From: Gemmatimonadota bacterium
GTDB lineage: Bacteria; Gemmatimonadota; Gemmatimonadetes; Palauibacterales; Palauibacteraceae
Direction of reading: 5' to 3'
Assembly (NCBI GenBank): GCA_965116475.1
Contig: OZ220691.1
Span: forward strand, 3,520,001 to 3,584,000
Length of the DNA: 64,000 nucleotides
Shown piece after piece: positions 47,542 to 57,418 of the stretch (position 1 is the stretch's first letter; each line of letters begins with the position of its first letter). The notes under the pieces are model-generated. The model made no database searches. It was given only the letters and a program-made list of their open reading frames with translations, and was not told the origin of the DNA. The translations under genes and the position numbers were made by a program.

Positions 47542-48374
47542 CGAACCTGAAGATCCTGTTCACGGTCGTGGCGACGCTGGCGGTGTTCACCTTCGTGGCG
47601 AACGTGATCCCGCAGGTGCAGTCGGCGGTCCCCCGGGAGATCGTGCTCAGCGCGGACATGCCGCCGGAGGAGCTGGCGGCGATCGGCGAGGAGATCTACG
47701 CGGGGGCGGGCGGCTGCACGGCGTGCCACGGCCTCGGCACGCGCGCGCCGGACCTCCTCGGCGTGGTGGGCGGCGTGTGCGCGACGCGCGTCCCCGGGCA
47801 GAACTGCAAGGACTATCTGTGGGAGTCTCTGGTCAACCCGACGGCCTACATCGTGGAGGGCTTCGACCCCATCATGATCGACCAGAGCATCGTTTCGTCG
47901 CAGGCCGAGTTGTGGACGCTCGTCGCCTTCCTGCAATCGCAGGGCGGCGAGATCACGGTGAACGCGGACGACTTCGCCGCGGCGCTGGCGGCCGACGACG
48001 CGGCCGCGTCCGCTCCGCCGCCTCCCGTCGTGACCGACCCGAACCAGGTCGACGCGGTCGCGCTGATCACGGCACAGGGCTGCCTCGCCTGCCACGCGCT
48101 CGGCGGGGAGGGCGGCATGGTCGCGCCCCCCTTCGAGGAGTTGCGGGGACAGGATCCCGCCTTCGTCCGCGAGGGGATCGTGGATCCGATGGCGACGATC
48201 AACGAGGAATACTCGACCTTTGCCGGGACGATGCCGACGATCTTCGGCGATCTCATGTCTCCGGTCGAACTCGATGTGCTGGTGGACTTCTTCGTGGGCG
48301 GCTCGGGAGCCGGGGAGGAGGCTCCCGGCGACGCGGCGGAAGTCCCGCCCGACAGCGCGGGAGGTAGCCGATGA
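47538..48374 (+). CDS. Membrane-anchored diheme cytochrome c
   Basis: CTACH and CLACH; N-terminal TM helix. Confidence 0.88.
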   Translation: MTNLKILFTVVATLAVFTFVANVIPQVQSAVPREIVLSADMPPEELAAIGEEIYAGAGGCTACHGLGTRAPDLLGVVGGVCATRVPGQNCKDYLWESLVNPTAYIVEGFDPIMIDQSIVSSQAELWTLVAFLQSQGGEITVNADDFAAALAADDAAASAPPPPVVTDPNQVDAVALITAQGCLACHALGGEGGMVAPPFEELRGQDPAFVREGIVDPMATINEEYSTFAGTMPTIFGDLMSPVELDVLVDFFVGGSGAGEEAPGDAAEVPPDSAGGSR

Positions 48375-49168
48375 AGCGTTACCTGTCCCATCCGTTCTGG
48401 CAGGGCGCGATCGTCATCGTCGTGTCCTACATAGCGTTCGAGTGGGTGATCGGCTACGTGCTCCCGGTGATCGGCGTGGCGAGCGCTCCCGTGCCGAGTT
48501 CGGTCATCCTCCAGTACATGCTCACCGTCCTGGTGGGCATCGTCCTCTACATGAGCGCGGACGAGGCGCGCTGGAAGCGCTTCAAGAAGCCGATCCACGA
48601 GACGATGGTGCAGCCGGACCGCCGGACCGTGCGGGGCATCCTCATGGTGGCGATCCCGGCGATCATCGGCTGGCTCGCCTACGAGCGGGTGAAACCCAGC
48701 TACGCCGCGCCGGCCACGTTGCGCGCCGTCCACCCCGCGCCGCCGAACCAGCTCACCTTCCGCGGCGAGACGATCGAACTCACGGGGCTCGAGAACCCGC
48801 TGCACGAGGAAGGCTCCCTGGAGGAGCACCTGGCGGTCGGGAAGCGGATCTACGTGCGCAACTGCGTGCCCTGCCACGGCGACCTGCTCGACGGACAGGG
48901 CCACTACGCGCCGGCCTTCAACCCGGTGCCCGCCGACTTCACGAGTTCGGGCAACCTGCCCCAGCTCACGGAGAGCTACGTGTTCTGGCGCATCGTCAAG
49001 GGCGGCCCCGGCCTCCCGCGCGAGGGCACGCCGTGGGATTCGGCCATGCCGGCGTGGGAGACGATCCTCGAGCAGGACGAAATCTGGGCGACGATCCTCT
49101 ATCTCTACGACCAGACGGGGTTCACGCCGCGCACCTGGGAGGAAGAAGGGGAAGGGGGGCACGAATGA
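48371..49168 (+). CDS. Membrane-bound monoheme cytochrome c
   Basis: Three TM helices; CVPCHG; SAMPAW axial Met. Confidence 0.88.
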   Translation: MKRYLSHPFWQGAIVIVVSYIAFEWVIGYVLPVIGVASAPVPSSVILQYMLTVLVGIVLYMSADEARWKRFKKPIHETMVQPDRRTVRGILMVAIPAIIGWLAYERVKPSYAAPATLRAVHPAPPNQLTFRGETIELTGLENPLHEEGSLEEHLAVGKRIYVRNCVPCHGDLLDGQGHYAPAFNPVPADFTSSGNLPQLTESYVFWRIVKGGPGLPREGTPWDSAMPAWETILEQDEIWATILYLYDQTGFTPRTWEEEGEGGHE

Positions 49169-50745
49169 GCGCGCCCCGGCGCCGGGCCCGCGGGATGTTC
49201 GCGCTTGGCGGACTCGTCGTCATCGCCGCCGCCGCCGCGCCCCCGCTATCGGGACAGGAAGACGCGGCCGCCGCGGGCAAGGTCGTGTACGACCGCTGGT
49301 GCGCGGAGTGTCACGGCGAAACCGGGCAGGGAGATGGCTCCGCCGCCGCCTCGATGCTGCCCCGGCCCCGGGACTTCACGCAGGCGCTCTACCAGATCCG
49401 GACGACCGGCAGCGGACAGCTCCCGACGGACGCGGACATCCGGTTCGCGATCGAGAACGGGCTCCCCGGGACGACGATGCCGGGCTGGCCCAATCTCACG
49501 GACCAGGAGATCGACGACCTCATCGTCTATCTGAAGAGCTTTTCGCGGTTCTTCGGCCAGGGTCCGGCCCCCGAACCGCTCGACTTCGGGTCCGATCCCG
49601 GCGGCGGTCCCGCGGCGATCGAGGCGGGGGCGGCCGCCTACCTCACGATGCTGTGCGAGGAGTGCCACGGCCTGTCCGGGCGGGGAGACGGGACCTCGGC
49701 GCCGACGCTGGAGGATTGGCGGGGCCTCCCCATTCGCGCGGCCGACCTCACGGAGGCGTGGGTGCTCAACGGCGGCAGCAGCGTCGAGGACATGCACACC
49801 CGGATGTTGACCGGACTGGACGGCACGCCGATGCCGTCGGCGATCGACGCCATGAACTCGGGCGTCGTCTCGCCCGATGAAGTCTGGCAGTTGGCGCACT
49901 ATCTCGCCTCCCTCGGGCCGCGCGAGATACCGCCGCTGCGCGAGGTGATCCGCGTGGGCCGCGCCGAAGGCGGGCTCCCCGCCGACGGCGGAGAGGAGGC
50001 GTGGGCGGGCGTCGAGGCCTTCTACTTCCCGATGTCGGGCCAGGTCGTCCAGGTGCCCCGCAACTTCGCGCCGACGGTCGACGGGCTCTGGGTGCAGGGG
50101 CTGCACGACGGGAACGACATGGCGCTGCGCGTCCAGTGGAACGACCCATCGAACAGCCCGGACCCGAACTGGGACGAGTGGCAGGACAAGATCACGACCG
50201 CGCTCGACCTCGATGGCGCGGAACCGATCGCCCTCGACAGCGCCGGCGCACCGACCGTGCGACCCCCGGATGCGGTGCTCCTCCAGTTCCCCTTCGAGCT
50301 GCCGGAGGGCACCGACCGGCCGTACTTCCTGATGGGGGACGCCCGCGAACCGGTCTACGTCTGGACGTGGGATTCGGAGACCGGTCTCGGCGCGGGCCGC
50401 GGCCGCGGCCTGGACTCCGTCGAACCGCTCGCGGAGGACCCGGTAACGGGGGAAGCGACGTGGGAGGAGGGGCGCTGGACGCTCTATCTGCGCCGTCCGA
50501 TCGAGCTCGAAAGCGACGGTCTCGACTTCGTCGAGGGCACGCCGACGCCCATCGCTTTCCAGGCGTGGGACGGGTCCAGCGCCGAGGTCGGGAAGCGCAG
50601 CTCCGTGAGCACGTGGTACTACATTCTTCTCGAACCTCCGGCATCCAGCACGGTCGTCGTTACGCCCCTGCTGGCCATGCTCTTGACGGGGGCCTTCGGT
50701 CTCGTTCTCGTGCGCCGGGCCCAGGACCGCCGGAGGGATGGCTAA
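49165..50745 (+). CDS. Diheme cytochrome c fused to EB_dh/DOMON-like heme-b domain
   Basis: CAECH, CEECH; LRVQWNDP, DAVLLQFP, PYFLMGD, AFQAWDG..E.GKRS; C-terminal TM helix. Confidence 0.82.
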   Translation: MSAPRRRARGMFALGGLVVIAAAAAPPLSGQEDAAAAGKVVYDRWCAECHGETGQGDGSAAASMLPRPRDFTQALYQIRTTGSGQLPTDADIRFAIENGLPGTTMPGWPNLTDQEIDDLIVYLKSFSRFFGQGPAPEPLDFGSDPGGGPAAIEAGAAAYLTMLCEECHGLSGRGDGTSAPTLEDWRGLPIRAADLTEAWVLNGGSSVEDMHTRMLTGLDGTPMPSAIDAMNSGVVSPDEVWQLAHYLASLGPREIPPLREVIRVGRAEGGLPADGGEEAWAGVEAFYFPMSGQVVQVPRNFAPTVDGLWVQGLHDGNDMALRVQWNDPSNSPDPNWDEWQDKITTALDLDGAEPIALDSAGAPTVRPPDAVLLQFPFELPEGTDRPYFLMGDAREPVYVWTWDSETGLGAGRGRGLDSVEPLAEDPVTGEATWEEGRWTLYLRRPIELESDGLDFVEGTPTPIAFQAWDGSSAEVGKRSSVSTWYYILLEPPASSTVVVTPLLAMLLTGAFGLVLVRRAQDRRRDG

Positions 50746-50775
50746 AGCAACGGTGAAGCAACGGTGAAGCAACGG
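50745..50775 (+). repeat. 11-bp tandem repeat AAGCAACGGTG x~2.8
   Basis: Directly visible right after the stop codon. Confidence 0.85.
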
Positions 50776-50829
50776 GTAAGGGCTCTCAACAGCCGATAGC
50801 GCAACAGCTTCTTGTACGGAGGTAAGTCA

Positions 50830-51690
50830 ATGCGATCGCATTTCTGGAACCGCTCGGCCGCCCTGCTGGCCGTCGCGGCGATGGCCGCCTGTGGCGGCGG
50901 CGGCGGATCGTCCGAAGGTGCCGCGGACGACGCGGGCGAGGCGGCCCCGGCCGCGGCGGCGGTGGATCCGTCCACGGTGGGGACGATCTCGGGCATGGCC
51001 AACTTCGGAGGGATGGTCCCGACGATGGAGGCCATCGACATGTCGGCCGAGGCGGATTGCGCCGCCGGCTACGGCGCGGACGGGCCCATGGCCCAGAGCG
51101 TCCTCGTGTCCGAAGGCGGCCTCGCCAACGTGTTCGTCTACCTGAGCGAAGGCGTCTCCGGCGCGCCGGCCGCGTCCGGCGCCGCGGCGCTCGACCAGGT
51201 GAACTGCCGCTACACGCCGCACGTGCTCGGCGTGCAGAGCGGTCAGGACATCGAGATCTCGAACAGCGACAATCTGCTCCACAACATCAACGCCACGCCG
51301 ACCGAGAACCGCGGCTTCAACATCAGCCAGCCGCGGGCGGGGATCACGAGCACGCAGCGCTTCCAGGTGGCGGAGGTGATGGTGCCGGTGCGCTGCGACG
51401 TGCACGGCTGGATGCAGGCGTACATCGGTGTCGTCGACCACCCGTACTTCGCGGTGACGGGCGCCGACGGGAGGTTCTCGATCGCCGACGTTCCCGCCGG
51501 TGACTACACGCTGACGGCGTGGCACGAGGAGTTCGGCACGATGACGACGAACGTGACCGTCATGGCGGGCGAGATGGCCGTGGCCACCTTCGACTACAAC
51601 GCCGAGATGATGGGCGCCGATGTCCCGCTGGGCGAGGCGCTCGTCCTCGGGCACGGTACGAACCGCATCCGGGTGGAGCGCACCCAGTAA
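50830..51690 (+). CDS. Lipoprotein with cupredoxin-like and carboxypeptidase-regulatory-like domains
   Basis: Lipobox MAAC; LDQVNCRYTPHV, LHNIN, CDVHGWM, VPAGDYTLTAWHE. Confidence 0.78.
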   Translation: MRSHFWNRSAALLAVAAMAACGGGGGSSEGAADDAGEAAPAAAAVDPSTVGTISGMANFGGMVPTMEAIDMSAEADCAAGYGADGPMAQSVLVSEGGLANVFVYLSEGVSGAPAASGAAALDQVNCRYTPHVLGVQSGQDIEISNSDNLLHNINATPTENRGFNISQPRAGITSTQRFQVAEVMVPVRCDVHGWMQAYIGVVDHPYFAVTGADGRFSIADVPAGDYTLTAWHEEFGTMTTNVTVMAGEMAVATFDYNAEMMGADVPLGEALVLGHGTNRIRVERTQ

Positions 51691-51790
51691 CTCCGGGGGC
51701 GGGACCCGGCGGCCCGAACGGCCGTCCGGTCCCGCTCGCGTTGCCGTTCATCCGAAGGGCTCATCTGGCTCATCTGGAAGGAGATCGCTC

Positions 51791-52462
51791 GTGGATTGGG
51801 CGCTGCCCCCGAACTATTCGACATTCGGCGTCGTGATCGACCAGCTGTTCTGGATCATCCTCGTCATCACCGGCATCGCGTTCCTCCTCGTGGAGGGCGG
51901 GATCGTCTGGTTCTGCGTCAAGTACCGGGGACGCGAAGGGGCGAGAGCGCACTACACGCACGGATCGAACCGGCTGGAGATCATCTGGACGGTGATCCCC
52001 GCGATCATCATCGCGATCCTCGGCGCCTATTCGGCGGTCGTGTGGAACGACATCAAGGGAAGCTCCAACCGTCCTGCCGACGCCCTCGAATTCCTCGTCG
52101 TCGGCAAGCAGTTCGAGTGGAACATCACCTACCCCGGAGTCGATGAGACGCTGGGGACGGGCGACGACTTCACGGTCCGCAACCAGTTCCATTTCCCGGT
52201 GAACGAGGACATCACGATCCTGCTCGAGTCCGAGGACGTGATCCACTCCTTCTTCATCCCCGAACTCCGCGTGAAGCAGGACGCGGTGCCGGGCATGACC
52301 ATCCCGGTGTGGTTCGACGCGACCCAGACCGGGAACTTCGAGATCGCGTGCGCCGAGCTTTGTGGCCTGGGCCACTACTACATGATGGCGAGCGTGACCG
52401 TGCACAGCGCGGCGGACTTCGACGCCTGGCAGGCCAGCCAGGCGCCGGCCGCCGCCCAGTGA
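51791..52462 (+). CDS. coxB: Cytochrome c oxidase subunit II
   Basis: LEIIWTVIP, DVIHSF, CuA motif CAELCGLGHYYM. Confidence 0.94.
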   Translation: MDWALPPNYSTFGVVIDQLFWIILVITGIAFLLVEGGIVWFCVKYRGREGARAHYTHGSNRLEIIWTVIPAIIIAILGAYSAVVWNDIKGSSNRPADALEFLVVGKQFEWNITYPGVDETLGTGDDFTVRNQFHFPVNEDITILLESEDVIHSFFIPELRVKQDAVPGMTIPVWFDATQTGNFEIACAELCGLGHYYMMASVTVHSAADFDAWQASQAPAAAQ

Positions 52463-52477
52463 TCGAGAAAGGCTGAT

Positions 52478-54244
52478 ATGGCGACGATCGTAGCGGAGGC
52501 GACCGGGCAGGCGATCCTGCACGAGGAGCACGAGCAGTCCTTCCTGCGCAAGTACATCTTCTCGACCGACCACAAGGTCATCGCGATCCAGTTCCTGATC
52601 TACACGCTGTTCTTCCTCATGATCGGCGGACTGCTGGCGATGCTCATGAGGTACCAGATCGCGTGGCCGGCGCGGGGCGAGCTGCCGCTGGGCGGGATCT
52701 TCCCCGAGAGCATGGTCGCGAGCGGGTACATCCTGCCGGAGTTCTACAATGCGCTCGTCACGATGCACGGCTCGGTGATGGTCTTCCTCGCCATCATGCC
52801 GATGCTCGTGGGCGTGTGGGCGAACTACCTCATCCCGCTCCAGCTGGGCACGCACGACATGGCGTTCCCGCGGCTCAACATGCTCTCCTTCTGGGCCATG
52901 GTGCCCGCGGGCATCCTCACGCTGGCGAGTTTCTTCGTCGTCGGAGGCGCGGCGGGGGCCGGCTGGACGCTGTACGCGCCGCTGAGCGCCCGCCCCGACC
53001 TGTCCGGCGTCGGACTCGGGCAGATCCTGTGGCTGGCCGCGCTCGTCTTCATCGGGCTCTCATCGATTCTCGGATCGGTGAACTACATCACCACGACGAT
53101 CAACATGCGCGCCCCGGGCATGACCTGGATGCGCATGCCGCTCACCATCTGGTCGCTGTTCATCACGGCCATCCTCGCGCTGCTTGCGATGCCCGTCCTG
53201 TCGGCGGCCGGGATCATGCTCATCTTCGACCAGACCATCGGGACGAGCTTCTTCCTCCCGGAGGGCGGGGGACAGCCGCTCCTCTGGCAGCACCTGTTCT
53301 GGTTCTTCGGCCACCCGGAGGTCTACATCCTCATCCTCCCGGCCATGGGCTTCACCTCCGAGATCCTCTCCGTGGGTTCGCGGAAGCCGGTGTTCGGCTA
53401 CAAGGCGATGGTCCTGGCGCTCGTCTCGATCGCCTTCCTCGGGTTCATCGTGTGGGGTCACCACATGTTCCAGAGCGGGATGAACCCGATGCTGGGACTC
53501 ACGTTCACGGTCTCGACGCTCTTCATCGCCGTGCCCTCGGCGATCAAGACGTTCAACTGGATGGGCACGATGTGGCGCGGGAACCTCCAGCTCCACTCGG
53601 CGATGCTGTTCGCGATCGGGTTCGTGGCGATGTTCGCGATCGGAGGCCTGTCGGGCGTCTTCATGGCCTCGACGCCGGTCGACATCTACATCCACGACAC
53701 GTACTTCATCGTGGCGCACATCCACTACGTGCTCTTCGGCGGAAGCCTCTTCGCGCTCTTCGGGGCGATCTACTTCTGGTATCCGAAGATGTTCGGACGG
53801 ATGATGAACGAGACGCTGGGCAAGATCCATTTCTGGCTCACGTTCGTCTTCTTCAACCTGGTCTTCTTCCCGATGCACGGCGTGGGGATGGTGGGGATGA
53901 TGCGGCGCATCTACGACTCCACCGGCTACGCGCACCTGCAGGGGATCGAGGACACGAACGCGCTCATCACGTGGTCGGCGTTCGGGCTCTTCGCATCCGG
54001 CTTCCTGTTCGCGTTCAACTTCTTCTGGAGCCTGAAGAAGGGGAGGAAGGCCGAGGCGAATCCGTGGAACGCGACGACGCTGGAGTGGCAGACGCCCTCG
54101 CCGCCGAAGCACGGCAACTGGGAGGAAGTCCCGGTCGTCTACCACGGTCCGCACGAGTACAGCCACCCGGATGTGGAGGACAAGGACTGGCTGGCGCAGA
54201 ACGAACGGCCGGATGTCGTGAGCCCGGCCGCCGGCAGCCACTAA
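52478..54244 (+). CDS. coxA: Cytochrome c oxidase subunit I (A1 type)
   Basis: STDHK, WFFGHPEVY, WGHHMF, HDTYFIVAHIHYV. Confidence 0.96.
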   Translation: MATIVAEATGQAILHEEHEQSFLRKYIFSTDHKVIAIQFLIYTLFFLMIGGLLAMLMRYQIAWPARGELPLGGIFPESMVASGYILPEFYNALVTMHGSVMVFLAIMPMLVGVWANYLIPLQLGTHDMAFPRLNMLSFWAMVPAGILTLASFFVVGGAAGAGWTLYAPLSARPDLSGVGLGQILWLAALVFIGLSSILGSVNYITTTINMRAPGMTWMRMPLTIWSLFITAILALLAMPVLSAAGIMLIFDQTIGTSFFLPEGGGQPLLWQHLFWFFGHPEVYILILPAMGFTSEILSVGSRKPVFGYKAMVLALVSIAFLGFIVWGHHMFQSGMNPMLGLTFTVSTLFIAVPSAIKTFNWMGTMWRGNLQLHSAMLFAIGFVAMFAIGGLSGVFMASTPVDIYIHDTYFIVAHIHYVLFGGSLFALFGAIYFWYPKMFGRMMNETLGKIHFWLTFVFFNLVFFPMHGVGMVGMMRRIYDSTGYAHLQGIEDTNALITWSAFGLFASGFLFAFNFFWSLKKGRKAEANPWNATTLEWQTPSPPKHGNWEEVPVVYHGPHEYSHPDVEDKDWLAQNERPDVVSPAAGSH

Positions 54245-54268
54245 ATCGCATGGAAGGGAACTGACGAG

Positions 54269-54883
54269 ATGGCACACGCCGCGACCGCAGGCCGGGTCCC
54301 CGAGAGAGGGCTCGATGTCTACACCCAGAAGGTGGGCATGTGGGTGTTTCTGTGCTCGGAGGTGATGTTCTTCGCGGGCCTCATCGGCTCGTACGTGGTG
54401 CTCCGTTTCGGGGCATCCGATACCTGGGCGGAGCCGAACGAGGTACTGGCGGTCCCCATCACCGCGTTCAACACCTTCCTCCTCATCTGCAGTTCGGTGA
54501 CGATGGTGAAGGCCTTCGCGGCCGCGCAGATGGGAGACCAGAAGGGGATCAAGCTCTGGCTCCTGTCGACGACGATCCTCGGAGCCACCTTCCTGGGCGT
54601 GCAGGTGTTCGAGTACACCGAACTCGTGCTGCACCAGTCGTGGCAGGGGAGCCACGGGTTCACGCCGGCGTCCGGGCTGTACGGGGCCACCTTCTACACG
54701 ATGACGGGCTTCCACGGCTTCCACGTCCTCCTCGGTGTGATCTGCCTCGCCTGGGCCACGATCCGCGCCTGGCGGGGCCACTGGGGCGCGGACAACACCC
54801 ACGGGATCGAGGTGCTCGGCCTCTACTGGCACTTCGTCGACCTCGTGTGGATCATCCTGTTCACGATCGTCTACCTCATCTAG
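54269..54883 (+). CDS. coxC: Cytochrome c oxidase subunit III
   Basis: FLCSEVMFF, TGFHGFHV, YWHFVDLVW. Confidence 0.94.
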   Translation: MAHAATAGRVPERGLDVYTQKVGMWVFLCSEVMFFAGLIGSYVVLRFGASDTWAEPNEVLAVPITAFNTFLLICSSVTMVKAFAAAQMGDQKGIKLWLLSTTILGATFLGVQVFEYTELVLHQSWQGSHGFTPASGLYGATFYTMTGFHGFHVLLGVICLAWATIRAWRGHWGADNTHGIEVLGLYWHFVDLVWIILFTIVYLI

Positions 54884-54926
54884 CCAGACACCTGGGGCTG
54901 TTGGCCGAGAGATACGGAGCGAACGA

Positions 54927-55232
54927 ATGAGTGAAGCCGGAGGACACGCGGCGGGCGCCGCGGACGATCACGGGCACGAGCACCCGAAGTACATGCTCAT
55001 CTGGCTGTACCTGGCCATCCTCACGGCCCTCGAGGTGGGGGTGGTCTACCTCGATATTCCGAAGTGGATGATCGTTACGTCGCTGCTCATCATGGCGGGG
55101 TGGAAGGCGCTGCTCGTCGCGCTCTACTACATGCACCTGAAGTTCGAACCCAACCGTTTGCGGCTGGTGGCGCTGGCGCCGCTTCCGGCCGTGGCCATCA
55201 TGATCATCGCGATCATGATGGAGTACGTGTAG
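54927..55232 (+). CDS. Cytochrome c oxidase subunit IV
   Basis: LTALEV, KALLVALYYMHLKFE. Confidence 0.88.
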   Translation: MSEAGGHAAGAADDHGHEHPKYMLIWLYLAILTALEVGVVYLDIPKWMIVTSLLIMAGWKALLVALYYMHLKFEPNRLRLVALAPLPAVAIMIIAIMMEYV

Positions 55233-55245
55233 GCGCGACCCCGTC

Positions 55246-56169
55246 GTGGAGGCCGGAACGCTGCTCAAGACGCGCGGAGTCCCGCGCGCGGGGATCTCGA
55301 GACGGGTGCGCTCGCTGCGGGCGACGCTTCCCGCATACGTCGAACTGACGAAGCCACGCATTACGGCGCTCGTCGTCGCGAGCGCGGCCGCCGGCTTCCT
55401 TCTTGGCGCGGCGAGTTTCGACTTCGCCCTCTTCGCGCAGGCCATGGCCGGCGTGGCGCTCGTCGCCTCCGGGACGAGCGCGATGAACCAGGTGCTGGAA
55501 CGGGATGTGGACGCGCTCATGGGGCGCACGCGCGCGCGGCCGCTGCCGGCCGGCCGGATCGCGACGCCGCCGGCCGCGGTCGTCTCCGGGGTTCTGGCCG
55601 CGGCGGGGATCGTCTGGCTGTGGATCGCGGTCAATCCGATCACGGCGGGACTCGCGCTCGCCACGTTCGTCTCCTACGACTTCGTCTACACGCCGCTCAA
55701 GCGCGTCCACTCCCTCTCCACCATCGTGGGCGCAGTGCCCGGGGCGCTGCCGATTCTCGGGGGCTGGACCGCCGCCACCGGGCAGTTCGGTCCCGGCGGA
55801 TGGGCGCTGTTCGCGATCCTCTTCGTCTGGCAACTGCCACATTTTCTCGCCCTCGCGTGGCTGCTCCGCGACGACTACCAGGCCGCGGGGCTTCGCATGC
55901 TCTCCGTCGGCGACTTCGAGGGCCGCCGGACGCGTCACCAGGCGCTGCTCTACGCGCTCACTTTGATCCCGGTGAGTCTCCTCCCGAGCGTTCTCGGCCT
56001 CACGGGCGTCGTCTACTTCGCGGTCGCGCTCGGACTCGGGGGGTGCTTCCTGTGGACCGCGCTCCGGTTCGCCCGCTCCGCGACGCCGGCGCACGCCCGG
56101 GGTTTGTTCCGGGCCTCGATCCTGTATCTTCCACTGCTGATGGCCGTGCTCGTCCTCGACAAGCTGTAG
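55246..56169 (+). CDS. cyoE: Protoheme IX farnesyltransferase (heme o synthase)
   Basis: LTKPRI, ERDVDALMGRTRARPLP, WQLPHFLAL. Confidence 0.93.
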   Translation: MEAGTLLKTRGVPRAGISRRVRSLRATLPAYVELTKPRITALVVASAAAGFLLGAASFDFALFAQAMAGVALVASGTSAMNQVLERDVDALMGRTRARPLPAGRIATPPAAVVSGVLAAAGIVWLWIAVNPITAGLALATFVSYDFVYTPLKRVHSLSTIVGAVPGALPILGGWTAATGQFGPGGWALFAILFVWQLPHFLALAWLLRDDYQAAGLRMLSVGDFEGRRTRHQALLYALTLIPVSLLPSVLGLTGVVYFAVALGLGGCFLWTALRFARSATPAHARGLFRASILYLPLLMAVLVLDKL

Positions 56170-56174
56170 CAGCC

Positions 56175-56417
56175 GTGCCGAACACTCTCGCCGTCCTCGC
56201 GGCGGCCCCGCAGATGCAGCATACGCCGGACGAACAGGCGGGATTCCTCCTGATGTTCGTGTTCATGGCGGCGATGCCCTACCTGCTGCTCGTCGTCATC
56301 GGGGGCGGGATCTTCCGGGCGCGCCGCCGGCAGCGCCAGCGGGAGGTCGAGAGAGCGCTGGAGGAACAGCGCGAATGGGAGGCGGCCCGCGCCGTCGACC
56401 CGGACTCCGCGTGCTGA
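56175..56417 (+). CDS. Small single-TM protein
   Basis: GTG 6 nt after the cyoE stop; hydrophobic helix followed by a basic segment. Confidence 0.55.
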   Translation: MPNTLAVLAAAPQMQHTPDEQAGFLLMFVFMAAMPYLLLVVIGGGIFRARRRQRQREVERALEEQREWEAARAVDPDSAC

Positions 56418-56462
56418 GCCCATGCTGACTCCGATGTTGACCCCATGCTGAGCCCATGCTGA
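56412..56462 (+). repeat. Degenerate ~11-bp tandem repeat TGCTGAGCCCA x~4.5
   Basis: Spans the stop of one gene and the start of the next. Confidence 0.75.
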
Positions 56463-57418
56463 CGCTGAGGCGGAGGATCCGGGCCGGGCTCGTCGGAGGG
56501 CTGCTGGGCGGTTTCGTCCTCGCGGTGCTCTTCTACTTCTACGATCTCGGGCAGGGGACGCCGCTCCAGACCCCCGCCTTCCTCTGGGGGGCCATCATCA
56601 GCCGTGCCGAGGTCGAAGCGTCCGCCGGCGTCATCGTGGGGTTCACGTTCATCCACTTCACGGCCTGGGCCGGGCTCGGGATGCTGGCCGCGGCGCTCGT
56701 TCAGTGGGCGGGCCTCCCGCGCAACGTGTTCATCGGCGCGCTTTACGGGCTCTTCGTGTGTTCCCTCGTGTTCTACGTCGGACTCATCCGGGCGCCCGCC
56801 GGACTCGTGATCTCCGCGCCGGGATGGCCGGCGGTCTTCTTCGGGAACGCGCTCGCCGGGGTCGTGATGTTCACTCACATGCACTGGGTGAGTTCGGAGC
56901 CCGGCATCGTGGGGATGATGAACTTCCTCCAGACGCACAGGGTCACGCGCCACGGCATCTACGCGGGGCTCCTCGGCGCCCTCGTCGTCGCGCTCTGGTT
57001 CCTCATCATCGACACCATGCTCCGGCAGCCGCTCTATACGCCGGCAGCGCTGGCGACCGTCCTCTTCCGCGGTGCCCCCACGCCGGCCGCGGTCGAGATC
57101 TCCCTCGCGCCCGTCCTCGGATACACGCTCGCCCACTTCGCCTTCTTCGTGCTGTTCGGCGTCGCGGTGTCCGGCCTCGCGCGACAGGTGTCCAGGTTCC
57201 CGCCCCTGGCCCTCGGCATCATCGTGCTGTTCGTCATCTTCGAGGTCTTCTTCATCGCCATGGTCGCGATGCTGGGCGGCTGGATCCTCGAGGAACTCGC
57301 CTGGTGGTCGATTCTGGTCGGGAACGTTTTCGCGGCGCTCGTCATGGGCGGATACCTCTGGAAGGTCTACCCGGAGTTCGCGGAGAGTCTCACGGCGGAG
57401 AGCCTTTGGGCGGACTGA
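56456..57418 (+). CDS. Integral membrane protein with internal duplication
   Basis: Two similar ~155-aa halves, each with D...P..TP and a conserved HF. Confidence 0.75.
   Translation: MLTLRRRIRAGLVGGLLGGFVLAVLFYFYDLGQGTPLQTPAFLWGAIISRAEVEASAGVIVGFTFIHFTAWAGLGMLAAALVQWAGLPRNVFIGALYGLFVCSLVFYVGLIRAPAGLVISAPGWPAVFFGNALAGVVMFTHMHWVSSEPGIVGMMNFLQTHRVTRHGIYAGLLGALVVALWFLIIDTMLRQPLYTPAALATVLFRGAPTPAAVEISLAPVLGYTLAHFAFFVLFGVAVSGLARQVSRFPPLALGIIVLFVIFEVFFIAMVAMLGGWILEELAWWSILVGNVFAALVMGGYLWKVYPEFAESLTAESLWAD

Noticed and set aside
56412..56462. Cys-TGA ending as possible Sec read-through fusing to the next gene
   Set aside because: Read-through meets another TGA at 56460 and is out of frame with 56456; explained by the tandem repeat
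57406..57418. Non-canonical CTG start for rdgB
   Set aside because: An in-frame TTG at 57406 with GGAG 5 nt upstream is an ordinary start
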